A DNA stretch of 64,000 bases from Octopus vulgaris. Its lineage: Eukaryota. A model generated the notes under the pieces. The model was not told the DNA's origin, did not search any database, and saw only the letters and a list, made by a program, of their open reading frames with translations. Position numbers and translations under genes: made by a program. Location of the stretch: assembly GCA_951406725.2 (NCBI GenBank), contig OX597820.1, positions 10,292,001-10,356,000 of the forward strand, given 5' to 3'. Positions within the stretch are counted from its first letter, which is position 1. Every line of letters begins with the position of its first letter. Shown in pieces: positions 26,075-40,479 of the stretch.

Positions 26075-26502
26075 TAAACTCTTAATACTTTTGATATTTA
26101 AAAAATAAATAAATAAATAAATAAAATAATATATAAATATAAAAATATACATACATACATATATATAAATATATTTGTATATATATATAAAATTTATAAG
26201 TTTAAATTATTTAAATAATTTTTTATTTTTAACTTTTATATTTTAAAATTAATTTTATGTATTGGCTTATGTTTTTCACTGTTTGATTTGCCTAATAGTG
26301 GTTTTATCTCTAATTTAATATAATATAATATAATATATTTATACTGTAAAATTGGATTTAATCCTAAATCTAATTTTTCCCTGTAAGTTTGGATTTATTC
26401 CCTAATATTATTATTATATATATATATTTATATATATATATATATATGCATGTATATATCTCTATATTTATACATATATATATATGCATGTATGTCTATC
26501 TA

Positions 26503-26587
<85 letters not shown>

Positions 26588-27563
26588 CATATATAAAACC
26601 GATCTCATTTTCGATATTTGTATTGTAACGTCGAGTTTATACGATGTTTATCAGAAACTGATACAGAAAAACACTCAAATTAAATTCTATTAGTCACACA
26701 ATAATATTTCTTTGAATAACTACGACGCTGATATGGAACCATTGAGCAGTCTTTGGGAAACTAATGATCATATCTATGTAAAGAATAATAAGACTCTTGG
26801 GAATTATGCTGATTAAATAAACAATCATTATTTACGTAGACATGAAGACTACTCTTCATAGACGAGGACATCAATAGGTCAGATATCCACATCTTTCCTA
26901 TCGGTGGTATACGTGAAGTGAAATGGCTAATTCGAAATTTTAAACAGTCGCATGCACTCGTATCTTCCCGACTATCATTTATAAACTCTATGTTTGTCGT
27001 CATTATATATTCAAACAACGATTTCTCACGGAAATTTTTCTCTTTCTATTTATTATTTATTCAAATAATAAGCATGGAAGAAAAAATTTCAACGAGAAAT
27101 CATTAGGGACCCTCGAAATAATAGTGGAAAATATTCTGAATATATGCAAATGCCATATCAATTAACCTACATAGAATAGAGTTTAACCTATATAGGCAAG
27201 CATTATTAAAATCTATGTGGACATGCTCTCCACTACTGCGTAAAATATTCGTGAGTAAAATGCATTCAGACTCTCAATGACAACGCTCGATAAAAGTGTA
27301 TAAAATTTTCTAGCTTTGGTATAACAAAAATACTCTAATGGAAGAAGGGTTACTGGGTTACATTGCCCCCAGTGCTTAACTAGAACTTATTCTTGTCGAC
27401 ACCAAAATGTGTGGGTCAATGTTGGCTTCAACGGAATTTGAACTCAGAATGTAGAATTTAGGTAAAAATGCTGCTGACGTCACAAATAATATATACATAT
27501 ATATATATATACCAGTGGTAGAGTAATATGCTCTATTTAAAGCAGCAGAAAATTCAACAAAAA

Positions 27564-27634
<71 letters not shown>

Positions 27635-27677
27635 GTATGTGTGTGTGTGTGTGTGTATTCATACATGCATATATATA

Positions 27678-27733
<56 letters not shown>

Positions 27734-27829
27734 TCCAAACATAAAAACACAAAGAGAAAACACAACAACGCGAGGACGTGGAACAAGTATAGTGTTATTG
27801 GACGCTCAGGAAAGAAGGAAAGAAGAAGC

Positions 27830-27864
27830 GTTTAACGTTTCGAGTGGAGCTCTTCGTCAGAAAC
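27830..27864 (-). ncRNA. Minimal hammerhead ribozyme in a pLTR-like repeat (27730-27935)
   Basis: Minus strand GUUU-CUGACGA-A-GAG(cucca)CUC-GAAAC-GUU-AAAC with palindromic stem III AACGUU (dimer-type, as in PLE hammerheads). Confidence 0.7.
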
Positions 27865-28242
27865 ATAGGAAAAGGAAAGATCCAAAGAAGGTAAGACGGA
27901 GGAAAAAAATCGCCAACGGTACACACGCGGTCACATACAATACAGACTCTCCTGTCGTTAGACGACGTATGAGGGCTCAGTAATTTCTTAGCGAACAACC
28001 ACACAGATAATTTGTTCATAGTGATCAAATGTTTGTATACACATAAGTTCACTCGCTCCATCAGATCGACATTACCTGTACTGGTACACCATGTGCCGCA
28101 TGTCAGATGACGAAATGATTGCAGAGTAATATGAAATGAATTGCTATGCTCAAGAACACAAGCAACGCCCGGTCTGGGAATTGAAACCACGATTTCGCAA
28201 TCGTGAGTGCAACAACGTAACCATTGAGTCATGCACCTTATT

Positions 28243-28288
<46 letters not shown>

Positions 28289-28569
28289 ATTGAGTAGTTG
28301 AATGAATTATCTTATTATGGATAATTCGGTTAACCGATACCTGGGTAGCAAATTCACGTCAGAAAAACACGGTTGAAGCTACATGCCTAGGGCAGAGATT
28401 ACGTGCTATCGTGTGGAAATTTGTGTGTTTTTTTAAATACAAATAAATGAAAGAATGCACCCCTTATTCCTTCGAAATTAGGAATATGCAGCCTTCGAAA
28501 CATATGTCGAAAATAAAGGAATTTTGTTAATTCGTCGTTCAACTCCATTCTTTCATTTATTTATTTATA

Positions 28570-28663
<94 letters not shown>

Positions 28664-28710
28664 CCATACACACATCCATACATACATCCTTCCATACATA
28701 CATACATACA

Positions 28711-28743
<33 letters not shown>

Positions 28744-28969
28744 TATAGATAAAGGCTTGCAAAAACCAATGCAGTCATTTATAATTCAAATAGGGTAACG
28801 TGAATCTGAAGTCTTACAGCAAGAGATCCCAAGTGATAGGCTAGCTTGTCCGTTCACTGGGTATTCCGTTATCAGAGACAAGGCGTGTGTTTATGAAGGT
28901 TCTAGGCAGGGAAATTCAGTTTATAAGGAATATAATAGAAGAATAAAATGTAAAAGTAGATAGAAGAAT

Positions 28970-29352
28970 CTTCTTCTCTACCTTTTTCACTCCGTCGGTA
29001 ATGACGATGAGGGTTCCGGTTGATCCGAATCAACGGAACAGCCTGCTCGTGAAATTAACGTGTAAGTGGCTGAGAACTCCACATACACGTGCACCCTTAA
29101 CGTAGTTCTCGGGGATATTCAGCGTGACACAGAGAGTGACAAGGCCGGCCCCTTGAAATACAGGTACAACAGAAGCAGGAAGTAAGAGTGAGAGAAAGTT
29201 GTGGTGAAAGTGTACAGCAGGGATCACCACCATCGTGGTGCTTTTAGGTGTTTTCGCTCAATAAACACTCACAACGCCCGGTCTGGGAATCGAAACCGCG
29301 ATCCTATGACCTCGAGTCCGCTGCCCTAACCACTGGGCCATTGCACCTCCAC
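28970..29352 (-). mobile_element. SINE family C (tail type 1) with 12-bp TSD
   Basis: TSD AGATAGAAGAAT at 28958-28969 and 29353-29364. Confidence 0.9.
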
Positions 29353-30139
29353 AGATAGAAGAATACAGACAGAGGAATAAAGTTCACAGTTCATCTTTTT
29401 CCAGGAGGTATGGAAGTTGGTCCATACTTCCGTGAAGGTCCTTAGGTATAATTCCAAGCAGATCAAGGGAGTATTTTGGCAGCCTTTTGAATGATGCTTT
29501 CATGTTGAAGGGATTAAGTAGTTAGTTAGTATGTAAATGGTCCACGTGGGTATATAGATTGAGAAAGGCAGACATGAAAATAGACAGAAATGGGATGTGT
29601 GTGAGTGGATTGAAAAGGGGGGAGTAGGAGAGAAAAAGGAAAGAGGAGAAAGGAATGGGATATGTGCAGCAAAGAATGAATGCGGACGAAAGTAATTAAA
29701 ATCAAAAATCGAAAATAAAACAAAAAGTATAAAATAAGAAAAAGAAAGGAATAAAGATGGAGGTAAGATGCCAATATTATTCTTAGTAAGTGTCGCTTCG
29801 AGGTGAGAGGTCTGGCGTGAAAGTTTGGGGAAGGTGGAGGAGGAAGTTATTTATATCTATTAATTAAACATATGAAATCTAAGTTAGGTGTGGTCAGTGG
29901 TCAGTAGGGTTAGGTAAAAATAGATGCCAAGCTTAAGGGGGTATACATAAGATAAAACTACAATTAAATGGATAAATGATACAAATTAAAATCTAAAGGT
30001 TAAAAGCTAAATTAAAAATTGAAATAAAAATCAAAAATTAAAGCTAGCTTGGTAAAGAAGAAAAGGAAAAAGAAACCGTACGTAAATTGTGATGCATATA
30101 AGCAAGTGTTATGTGTGTTGATTTTGCTTGCATTTGGAC

Positions 30140-30530
30140 CTATGGAAGGATCTAAAGGCACAAAAGAACTTAGGCTTACATGTAGAAAATGCTTCGTGTT
30201 TTCTATTCATAATTGCGGTGAATTATGAATTAATATTTGGAAGGCTTCTTCAAGGCAGAATCCAGATGTGGAGCGCTGGCCTTGGTATGATGCACTAGAA
30301 TCTATTATGGCCCAGGATATCCCATATGGTACTTTCCTATTTATTAGATGGTGTATGTGGTTGGCTAGGGATGTGGGTTTGCTATGCGCTTCATATTGAA
30401 ATAAGTTTAGATGTGCAGACCCGATATAGTAGTTAGTAGCATTATGTAATATGTTGTGGACAATGCATTTGTTTATTACGTTAAACCTTCTGCAGTCGGC
30501 TTGCAGCAGGCATTGATGCTGCAACTACTT
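30140..30530 (-). pseudogene. Penelope-like retroelement GIY-YIG endonuclease remnant
   Basis: CLLQADCRRFNVINKCIV...NYYIGS...PTSLANHIHHL...YGISWAII...GFCLEEAFQIL...NRKHE..STC matches the PLE GIY-YIG pattern 'CPL.G.C..NVIYKC.V..YYIG..TSLS.HIW.L..I.W.I..C.LCL.E..LN.R.E'. Confidence 0.75.
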
Positions 30531-30945
30531 TTAAAATCATGTTGAAATATAGAATAGAAAAACACTAAAAGAAAGCCTTCATATGGTTGCTTGTCCTGCT
30601 CGAAATATCCACTAATACGACCTCATATTACACAGTATTAAAGGAAAGAAAATAATGTACACTCCTAGATTGATTACTCTATGAGCCATGCCAGCAGAAT
30701 GCATGCTTCCTTCTATGCTGAATAGGTGAGAGGATAAAGACAAGAGTAATATACTCCACCTCCTCCCGGAGGCTACAATGGGTTTGGTATGCCCATCACT
30801 CCTATATAGAAAACAAAAGTAAAACCTGAGACGAAAGGTGAGAGTCGAGAACAGGGGAGATAAGTCGTCAAGGACCACTGCTCCATAGTGAGCATCCTGC
30901 TTAAATAGATTCACTGTATCTGAAAAATAAAAATAAAGCTGTATA

Positions 30946-31430
30946 ATAGGTGCAGGCGTGGCTGTGTTGAACCACATGGTTCCAGGTTCAGTCCCACTGC
31001 GTGGCATCTTGAACAAGTGTCTTCTACTATAGCTTTGGGGCAACCAAATCCTTGTGAGTGGATTTCGTAGACGGAAACTGAGAGAAGCCTGTCGTATATA
31101 TATATATATATATATATATGAATTATTAGAGAGTTAACCACTATGTGGATAACTCGGTGTTAAATTAATGGTATTATTAAATTAATATCAATTTTTCACC
31201 CTCATTTATAAATATATATATATATGTATTTATATTTATATGTTGTGTCTTTGGGTTTGTGTCTGTCCCCCCCACCGTCGCTTGACAACCGATATTGGTG
31301 TGTTTATGTCCCCGAAACTTGGCGGTTCCACATAAGAATAAGTCCTGGGGTCAATTTGTTCGACTAAAAGGCCTTGCTCCAGCATGGCCGCAGTCAACTG
31401 ACTGAAATGTGCAGAAGAATAAGAGAGTAA
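30946..31430 (+). mobile_element. SINE family A with a secondary insert in its TA tract
   Basis: Head at 30946-31095, ~90 bp foreign sequence at 31119-31210, tail to 31430. Confidence 0.75.
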
Positions 31431-31841
31431 TTATATATTATCTTCACACCTGCGCACAGCTTTGACGACAACAGCAACAACAACATTAAAACTTGAAGCA
31501 CAACCTGAAATTGATAAGAATAATAGAACCGTGAGAACACCCTATGTTCAGACACAAAATACACGGGTATTTATGAGAAACAATATATATGAAAGCGGAT
31601 TAGAGTTATTGCTATTTAATCCCTACCGAGAAAAACATTTCAGGATTGAGAGAAGTAAACCGCTAAATTAAGATTAAGTGGAAGAGTTTCAACATAATCG
31701 GAGCGTTGCGCGTAACGGAAGAAGGGAATATGGCGGATATAAGTTTCTTATTATTCATAATGTAGACAGCGGGTACAGGAGCAGATGAGAAGAATAGAAA
31801 TATCGGTACGCACATATATACATACAAACACACACACACGC

Positions 31842-31884
<43 letters not shown>

Positions 31885-31963
31885 TATACATACATACATA
31901 TATATATATATACACATATACATATATACATATGTATATATATATATATATACACATATACAT

Positions 31964-32025
<62 letters not shown>

Positions 32026-32279
32026 GTGTGTGTATGTATGTATATATATATATGTATGTATTATGTATTTTATGTATATCTTTTACCTTTATCTTTTACG
32101 GGTTTCAACCAGAGGCAGAGGCCATGCTGGTGCACTGCCTTTACTACATCCGGGGATTTTTCCAGTATTGCTTATGATTAAGTAGCGAGTTGGACATTGC
32201 GACTCTTCTTTGCGCTTCCTGCTGCGATGTGGGTTCATCCGGTATTGCAGATAAAAAAACTGTCTAGACGTTTGTTTGA

Positions 32280-32566
32280 AGATTCCATGTCTACACCTCT
32301 CAGATCCCCCTTTTAATATTCTTCCAAAGATCTTGACTGACCGACACACAGTAGATGTAGATGTTTTCAAAACAAAACTGGATCTCTTCCTGTCGAGAGT
32401 TCCAGATGAATTCACTTTGTGACTGGAGAAGCAAATGAGGGCAACAACATCAAACTCTTTTATGTACCAAATGCCACATACCAGAGGAGCCTCACAATAA
32501 TAACAGTGTAGTGTAGCGAAACGGTTGTGCTCCAGCATGGCCACAGCTTTGAGCTGAAACTGATAA
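32280..32566 (+). pseudogene. CR1-clade LINE 3' end
   Basis: FNILPKILTDRHTVDVDVFKTKLDLFLSRVPDE, then a tail GTGCTCCAGCATGGCCACAGCTTTGAGCTGAAAC shared with SINE A. Confidence 0.7.
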
Positions 32567-32591
32567 TATATATATATGGATGTATATATGT

Positions 32592-32663
<72 letters not shown>

Positions 32664-32739
32664 ATAAAACGGTAAGATAACAAAAGAAAGAAAGAGACCT
32701 CAATATTATGTAAATAGAGGAAATTTATCTATACATATT

Positions 32740-32790
<51 letters not shown>

Positions 32791-33050
32791 ATGCAATACA
32801 AGAGTATTGCTTTCCAGTAAAGAATAGCCCGTGATATCTTGAAAAATCTGAAACCGGTACCACATTATCGCTTTCTAGGTATTTCATCTTTCAGATGTTC
32901 TCCTGGAGGTAAGACAATTTTTTTCAAGTTTGTTGCATACACGCATTTTCGCTAGTACATACGCAGTGAAGCTATACATTAGCGTCGTATTTATTACGTT
33001 CGCTATTTTCCAGTAAATATCGGTACTTCGTTGTACCATATATTTCCTTC

Positions 33051-33103
<53 letters not shown>

Positions 33104-33213
33104 CACACACACACACACACACGTGTGTGTGACCCTTCTGTCCGGCATTCGCCATGATAGATCATTAGCCACTACATATTCTTTATTTTCTCTCCTTGTT
33201 TCTTTCTGTGCTC

Positions 33214-33250
33214 CTTTCTGTGGAAGAGCGTAGGCTCGAAACATAAAAAG
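33214..33250 (+). ncRNA. Variant hammerhead-like motif in a pLTR-like repeat
   Basis: UUU-CUGUGGA-A-GAGC(guag)GCUC-GAAAC-AUA-AAA; core deviates from CUGANGA. Confidence 0.4.
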
Positions 33251-33343
33251 ACATTTTCAATTCTCGAGCGTTATAATAATACATATGTTTGTTTTCCACA
33301 CCACCTGTCTTTGTCTTTTGTTTTTTTTTGTGTGAATTCTCCC

Positions 33344-33414
<71 letters not shown>

Positions 33415-33839
33415 ATGTATGTATTTATGTGTGTATGTATGTATGTATGTATGTATGTATGTATGTATGTATACGCTAATGAAAATTAAAAAGAAAAGCA
33501 GGAAAAGCAACGGAAGTCAAGGGAACGTCCATAGTGAATGTATTAGAGTGACCTTCAGAGAAAGTTTTGGATGGAAAGAAGCAGTATGTATGATGTTCCG
33601 AGCATGGCTCTTTGCCGGAAAGAGGAAATAGGAAAAAAACCTGGAAAGAAGGAAAATAATAGTCCAAGAAAAGCACGTGTGTCGTTACGTGACCGAGACA
33701 CACATACACACAGAAACACATACGCGCGTATGCACACACACGCGTATGCACACACACGTAGAGACACACACAGACAAACATACACATGCATACACACACA
33801 AACATACACGCACACACGTCTAGAACGGAGAACGGGAAA

Positions 33840-34539
33840 GAGTGTGAGAGAGAGAGAAGAAAGAAATAAAGAAAGAGGAGACAAAGAAAGAGAGAGAGAA
33901 AGAGAGATATAGAGGGGAGAGAGGGAAGAGAGAAAGAAAGAGAAATAGATAGATGGAAAGAGATAGAGGGGAGAGAGAGAGAAGAAAGAAAGAAAGAGAT
34001 GAGAAAGAAAGAGATAGAGATAGAGGGCGAGATATAGAGGGGAGAGAGAGAAGAGAGAAAGAAAGAGAGATAGATAAAGGGAGAGAGATAGAGGGGAGAG
34101 AGAGAAGAGAGAAAGAAAGAAAGAGAGAGAGATAGAGGGAGAGATATAGAGGGGAGAGAGAGAAGAGAGAAAGAAAGAAAGAGAGAGAGCGAGAGAGAGA
34201 GAAAGAAAGAAAGAGAGAAAGAAAGAAAGAGAGAGAGATAGAGGGAGAGAGATAGAGGGGAGAGAGAGAAAAGAGAAAGCGAGAAAGAGGAGAGAAAGAA
34301 AGAGAGAGAGAGGGAGAGATATAGAGGGGAGAGAGAGAAGAGAGAAAGAAAGAAAGAGAGAGAGCGAGAGAGAGAGAAAGAAGGAGGAGAGAAAGAAAGA
34401 AAGAGATAGAGATAGAGGGAGAGAGATAGAGGGGAGAGAGAGAGAAGAGAGAAAGAAAGAAAGAGGAGAGAAAGAAAGAGAGAGGGGGGAGAAATACAGG
34501 GGGACACAGAAAGGGAGAAAGAAAGAGAGAGATAGAGGG

Positions 34540-34578
<39 letters not shown>

Positions 34579-34580
34579 TG
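33840..34580. repeat. Polypurine (GA/GAAA) minisatellite tract
   Basis: Recurring unit GATA(TA)GAGGGGAGAGAGAGAAGAGAGAAAGAAAGA. Confidence 0.9.
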
Positions 34581-35997
34581 TGAATGAATCTGACACAACG
34601 ATCGTTGAGGAATTAAACTGTTTCAATTATAATGAATCAGCGTTAATGCAATCCTGCCTGTTTTTCGCTTAAACTTGCCTGGGTGCAAAGAAACCAGAAT
34701 TTCAAAAGAATTTTCCAGGCTTAAATGCATCTCTTTAATGGCTTTATGGCGAAAGTTCGAAATGTCACGCGCTCCCATTTTTTTTGTTCTCTCTCTAATT
34801 ACTTGACTGCCGAGAGGAATTTCAAAATTCACATCTTTATCATTCTCTGCTGTCGCTGTATTGACCGAAAGGGAATGGTTGTGTGATGGTAGCTGCCTAT
34901 TGCAGCGATGACCTCAAGAAATATCAAAACTTTTATGAGTGCACTGTCCGTTTAATCGCCGTCAATGTGCCGTTCGAAAAGGAAATTGTGTAAGGGTGCA
35001 TGTGTGAATGTGTGAAAAGTACTCTCTTGGCTCAGTTACCCGCTAGACTTTATCTAATCACTTTAGCCTGAATCTCTCTGGGTTTTTTTTGTCTGTCTTT
35101 CTCTTTGCTAATTTTTATTATAAAAAAAAATCTGTCTATATAAAATGAAGAAATCTCGAAAAAAATTTACGTTATATTCCTGAAAGCCACTTGTCTGAAA
35201 AACACCTCCGTACATTTCAGAAAATACGTGTATCTTATTTCACACATATTTAAAATAAAATTTTAAATTGATAAAAAATAAATAGATAATAATTGTCTTT
35301 GAAACATTAATATGAATTCTTTTCGATTGAATCCATTTTCTCCAGCCCAGAAAATTACTTGTCTTTTCTTTCAGCAGGAAGAAGGAAATTTTAAGTCAGT
35401 TTCTTTAAGAATTATCACAGAAGTGAATGGCTTAAAATTGAATGGTATTAATGGTATATCCCGTCTATTCTAACTTTATCGTTATCACCATGGCCACCGT
35501 CCTCCATAACCAAACACATGTTGTAGTGTGCGTAGGAACAGCTTATAGATTTGATGATGTACATCTAGAGTCGGTTAACAAAATATCAGACAATATTAAT
35601 GATATTATTGTATTACTGACATTGAACCGACGAATAATCAAAACTGAATCCTGCAGCATACTGAGAGATCCGTGTTTCACAAGCATATATATTATAAATG
35701 CACACATGTGTGTATGTATGTATGCAAGCAAGCATTTATGTATGTATATATCTACCTACCTATATATATATATATATATAATATTTGTTTCAGTCGTTTG
35801 ACTGTGGCCATGCTGGAACATCGCCTTTAGACGAACAAATCGATCCCAGAACTTATTTTTTGTAAGTCTAGTACTTATTCTGTCTCTTTTGTCGAACCGG
35901 TAAGTTACAGGGACGTAGACTCATCAGCATCGGTTGGGGGGACAAACGGATACACGGAGCCACCCACTCTTGCATGCACACACACATACACACACAC

Positions 35998-36105
<108 letters not shown>

Positions 36106-36107
36106 TC

Positions 36108-36447
36108 TTTTACTTGTTTCAGTCATTTGACTGCGGCCATGCTGGAGCACCGCCTTTAATATAGCAACTCGACCCCGGGACTTATTCTTTTGTAAGCCCA
36201 GTACTTATTCTATCGGTCTCTTTTGCCGAACCGCTAAGTAACGGGCACATAAACACACCAGAATCGGTTGTCAAACAATGCTAGGGGGACAAACACACTC
36301 ACACAAACATATATATGCATATATACGACAGGCTTCTTTCAGTTTCTGTCTACCAAATCCACTCACAAGGCTTTGGTCGGCCCGAGGCTATAGTAGAAGA
36401 CACTTGCCCAAACTGCCACGCAGTGGGACTGAACCCGGAACCATGCG
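36108..36447 (-). mobile_element. SINE family A (head truncated)
   Basis: Reverse complement of family A. Confidence 0.85.
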
Positions 36448-36449
36448 CC

Positions 36450-36486
<37 letters not shown>

Positions 36487-36488
<2 letters not shown>

Positions 36489-37956
36489 CTTTCTGTGTTT
36501 GTAATGTTTTTGTCTACGTTCGTATCTCTTCTTGAGCGTTTATTTTTGTCTCTTGGTCTTTGCTGTGTGCTCTTTGCGTTGTATAGTTAATATCGTTTTG
36601 GAGTATCGTTGTACCTTTTGCTGTTTGCGTTTGCAATGTGTTTTCTCCGCGTTCGTAATTGTTCTTGCCTATGCGATTTTAAGTTGTTTACGTTTCTTGG
36701 AAGAAGAGAACGAGAAATTATTTGTTCCCCTTCCTCTCTACAAATGACCATTCCTCCTCACTTAACCTCGGTAGATGTGGACGGTCCAGTTCACTCAGCT
36801 GCGCAATTCTCCTTCTCCACTGTCTTCTCCGTCTCTTTCTGCTTTTCTTTCTCCTCACCTGGAGTTTCCTTGTTCACCTTCTTTCGATGTTCCTTTGGTT
36901 CATCCTGTACTTTTTACATGTACTTCAGGTTGAAGGACCTGGGGGCACGTTTTCCTTATTTGCCGCTTCAGTCGGAACTTGAAACATCTTAGGATTATGC
37001 CCTGAACGGAGACTCTCAGTTTTGTCCCATCTGGCAGAATTATAAATTCTGGCATTTCCTCCAGTTCCGCTGGTTTGGTTTGAATTGTCGCCCGATATCT
37101 CCAACTATTCCACTTCTGAGCTTTTTTCCTCCTCGCACTCCAGCAGTGTTTCCTCCTCCTTCATACTGGAACAAGCGTCTCCTAGAAGCCACGCCGATCT
37201 AATTTCAGATGGATAACGTTCTATTGCGACTTTTATGATTCTTTTGCCAAAGTACGACGGTAAAAGAACTAGCTCCTTATTCTGCAGTGTGATCGTGGAA
37301 TCATCCCACGCGTCGTATTCTGACATGAATTTTACCTCCTCGGTATCGAATGCCACCACGAACGAAATAGGCTTTGGAGCCTTTTTCAATTTCTTTAGTA
37401 GACACTATCTCCATTTTCTTTGTTTTAAGAGATAGTGTACTATAAATTATTGTTCTTTTTCTTGCTTCGTTTCCGGCTTCCTTGTGGGAAGTTAATCTCA
37501 CGTTTGCTCCCTCTTCCCACAGAATTGGTCGAACATTTTCCACGGTGTCTGTCCTGATGTTGTATCTTCCTTGCTCTTTATCGACTGCTGCTGCATAATC
37601 TTCCGTACTGTCTTCCGAGTCGCTTTCGTACTCCGCATCGACGCTCGTCAGGAGCTCCACATGTTATACAAATTTCTAGTCATGTTCACACACAAAATCC
37701 AAACAATTCGCCCCTTACGAGGGCACGACAGGAAAGCCAAGCCTGTTCAGGCGAACACGTGTCGAAAGACACGAACAGTTTTTAAATACACGGTAGTCAC
37801 AAGAGGAAGAACTGCAAAAAAGCGACGTCAATCAATAAATAACCAACCATATCTCAAAGGTGCACCTCGCAGCTCTCTGACTGACATTACTGACTGCCAG
37901 CCCTCCATTTATTAGTAGCGGACCCCATTTCTCACCCGCAGGTTTCCACCACAACA
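36487..37956 (-). mobile_element. Decayed element encoding only a gag/ORF1-like protein with a zinc knuckle
   Basis: Frameshifted ORFs 37301-37660 and 37105-37389 continue to RVSVQGIILRCFKFRLKRQIRKTCP (degenerate CX2CX4HX4C, ~36941-37015) and a K/E-rich tail; flanked by (TA)n on both sides; no RT seen. Confidence 0.55.
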
Positions 37957-38054
<98 letters not shown>

Positions 38055-38179
38055 ATAAAAATGGTAGGATAACAAAAGAAAGAAAGAGATCTCGATATTA
38101 TGTAAAATAGAGCAATTTATCTGTAAATGTAATATGAGAACTCGGAGTTTTATCATGGCTACCGAATAATTGTCTCATA

Positions 38180-38248
<69 letters not shown>

Positions 38249-38728
38249 GATTCCGTTGAATTAGGTACTTAAATTGAGGCAACTTCCTAGGTCGGTATAA
38301 TGCGCAAACCCAAACAAGTTGAATACTGAATATCAAGTCTCCGTGCAGGGGTATTTTCACCTGATATTCCTACCGTGTGTTCAGACAACGCAACCCATCC
38401 CAGTGAAGATATCAGCTCTTGGTAATACAGACATATACTTTTTATAAAGGTACTTTCTATAGTATTTTCGAAGTGCAGATTCCAAGTTAGGTGAATAAAA
38501 GGAGCAATGTAAATAATTTGAGTTCCATTATTGATGTGAATATGTTAAGGAAATGGTTGTATACTTTATATTTGAAGTCTCTGCGGTCATCCGCCGAGAA
38601 CGGTTTCTTCCAAACGGTGTAATGTTTACATTAATCAGTAAAAAATATCGCTTGGAACGGCTGTAATGAATTGACAACTGTACATCTTTGTTACTTATTT
38701 ATATATCTATGTGTGTACTTGTATGTGC

Positions 38729-38769
<41 letters not shown>

Positions 38770-38797
38770 TGTGTTCAGCGTGTATAAATATATATGC

Positions 38798-38855
<58 letters not shown>

Positions 38856-39563
38856 GGGGAGAATTCACAAAAAACAAAAGTATATATATAGTATTTGTAT
38901 ATTTTTTACGTGAGTATAAAATTTAGATATTATTTTGTCGGCTGGTGCCATGAAAAATGTTTTTTTTTTTGTAAGAGGCAAGATTCATCCTTAATCTATC
39001 ATGCCCACTCTAAGCTTAAGAAATTCCTTTTGTTGAAGTGTCTACAGATATACTCGGGTTATCTGGTGTAGTGTGCGACTGTAGTTTGTCTTGAGTGTGC
39101 ACCTGTATAAACTCAATCGCGCTGTTTAGTTGGGTGTGTACATAATTGAAAATTCAGTTTTTATGTGTTTAAATATAGAGATTATCCAAGAATGCGCGCG
39201 TTCGGGAGAAAAGTCATTTAGACGACGCAAAAGCCGAGTAAGTGCCTTTTAGTGTCCGACCACTATTGAAAGAGGAAGTTAAGAATTAATCTAAAATGAT
39301 CTTTTAAAGGTGGAGAGATCATTCAAAAGGACAGATTGTCGAGAGAAGCGTAATGTGTATGTGTGTATGTATGTATGTATGTGTGTGTGCGTGTGCGTGT
39401 GCGTGTGTGTATGTGTGTGTGTGTAAAAGCCGTATGTATGTAAATAATGTAATTGTATGTTAGTAACTCTTGGGAGTGTTAAGATGTATGCGTTTGCGCG
39501 TGTCTATGTATTGGTGTGCTTATGTGTCGATTGATGGCGGGTGAATGTTTGTATATGGGCGTA

Positions 39564-39595
<32 letters not shown>

Positions 39596-39989
39596 TTGGT
39601 GCAGAGGAAGGCAAATAATGAAAGAATATAGGGAACTGGGAGCAACAATTGGAAGAGGAAGCCAATGTATGTGTTTGCGCATGCGTATTATTTGTAAGGA
39701 AGACGCAAGAATGTCTGCGTCCTACATTTTCGAGTGTATGTTGCGCCTGTGAGTGTATGTGTGTGCAGGAGTGTTGTGTGTAGAGCAAGTGTTGGGCGTT
39801 TGGCAAGTGGTGTGAGTCTGTGTGTCTTGTGTGTGAGACGTGAGTGTGCATAAACGGTGATCGCGTGTGTTCGTGTGTGTATGCAGGCGTGTGTGCGTTG
39901 TGCCAACGTACTCTGTGTATGTGAGACTGTATGTGCGAGTGCACACCACTATGTTCAATATGTGTGTGTGTGTGTGTGTGTGTATGGGT

Positions 39990-40195
39990 GTTTATGAAAT
40001 GTATGGTCAAGTATCGTACATGTGTGCTTCTTGTGTGTGTGTGTGTGTAACGTATGTGTGTGAAATGTATGGTCAAGTATCGTACATGTGTGCTTCTTGT
40101 GTGTGTGTGTGTAATGTGTGTGTGTAATGTGTATGTGTAATGTGTATCTGTGTAATGTATGTTTATGAAATGTATGGGCAAGTATCATACTTGTG
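39990..40195. repeat. Three tandem units GAAATGTATGG(T)CAAGTATC.TAC within a TG-rich tract
   Basis: Units at ~39995, ~40062 and ~40167. Confidence 0.8.
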
Positions 40196-40479
40196 TGTGT
40201 GTGTGAATGTGTGTTCGAGTGTATATGTGTATGTATGTGTGTAGTGGTGTATATATACTTAGTGGAGTGCACATGTTTAAACGATGATTACGAGTTGATG
40301 AATTCACATGTGTGTGTGCGTGTGTACACGCTTTGTGCGTGTATTGTATACACATATGTGGGTGGGTCTGTGTTCTTGTGTACGTGAGTATGCGTGTGTA
40401 TGAGTGTGTGTGTGTTTGTTACTTTAGGCTTGTGTGTACAAGTGGAGGAAGGCTGTGTACGACCCGGTGTACGGAAATA

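Noticed and set aside
26846-27000. RLLFIDE... resembling a DDE transposase motif
   Set aside because: Single short motif without downstream catalytic motifs or TIRs.
33476-34626. 343-, 347- and 268-aa ORFs
   Set aside because: Translation of the CT-rich strand of a GA minisatellite.
39990-40195. CRISPR-like repeat-spacer pattern
   Set aside because: Only three degenerate units separated by (TG)n; eukaryotic context; no cas genes.
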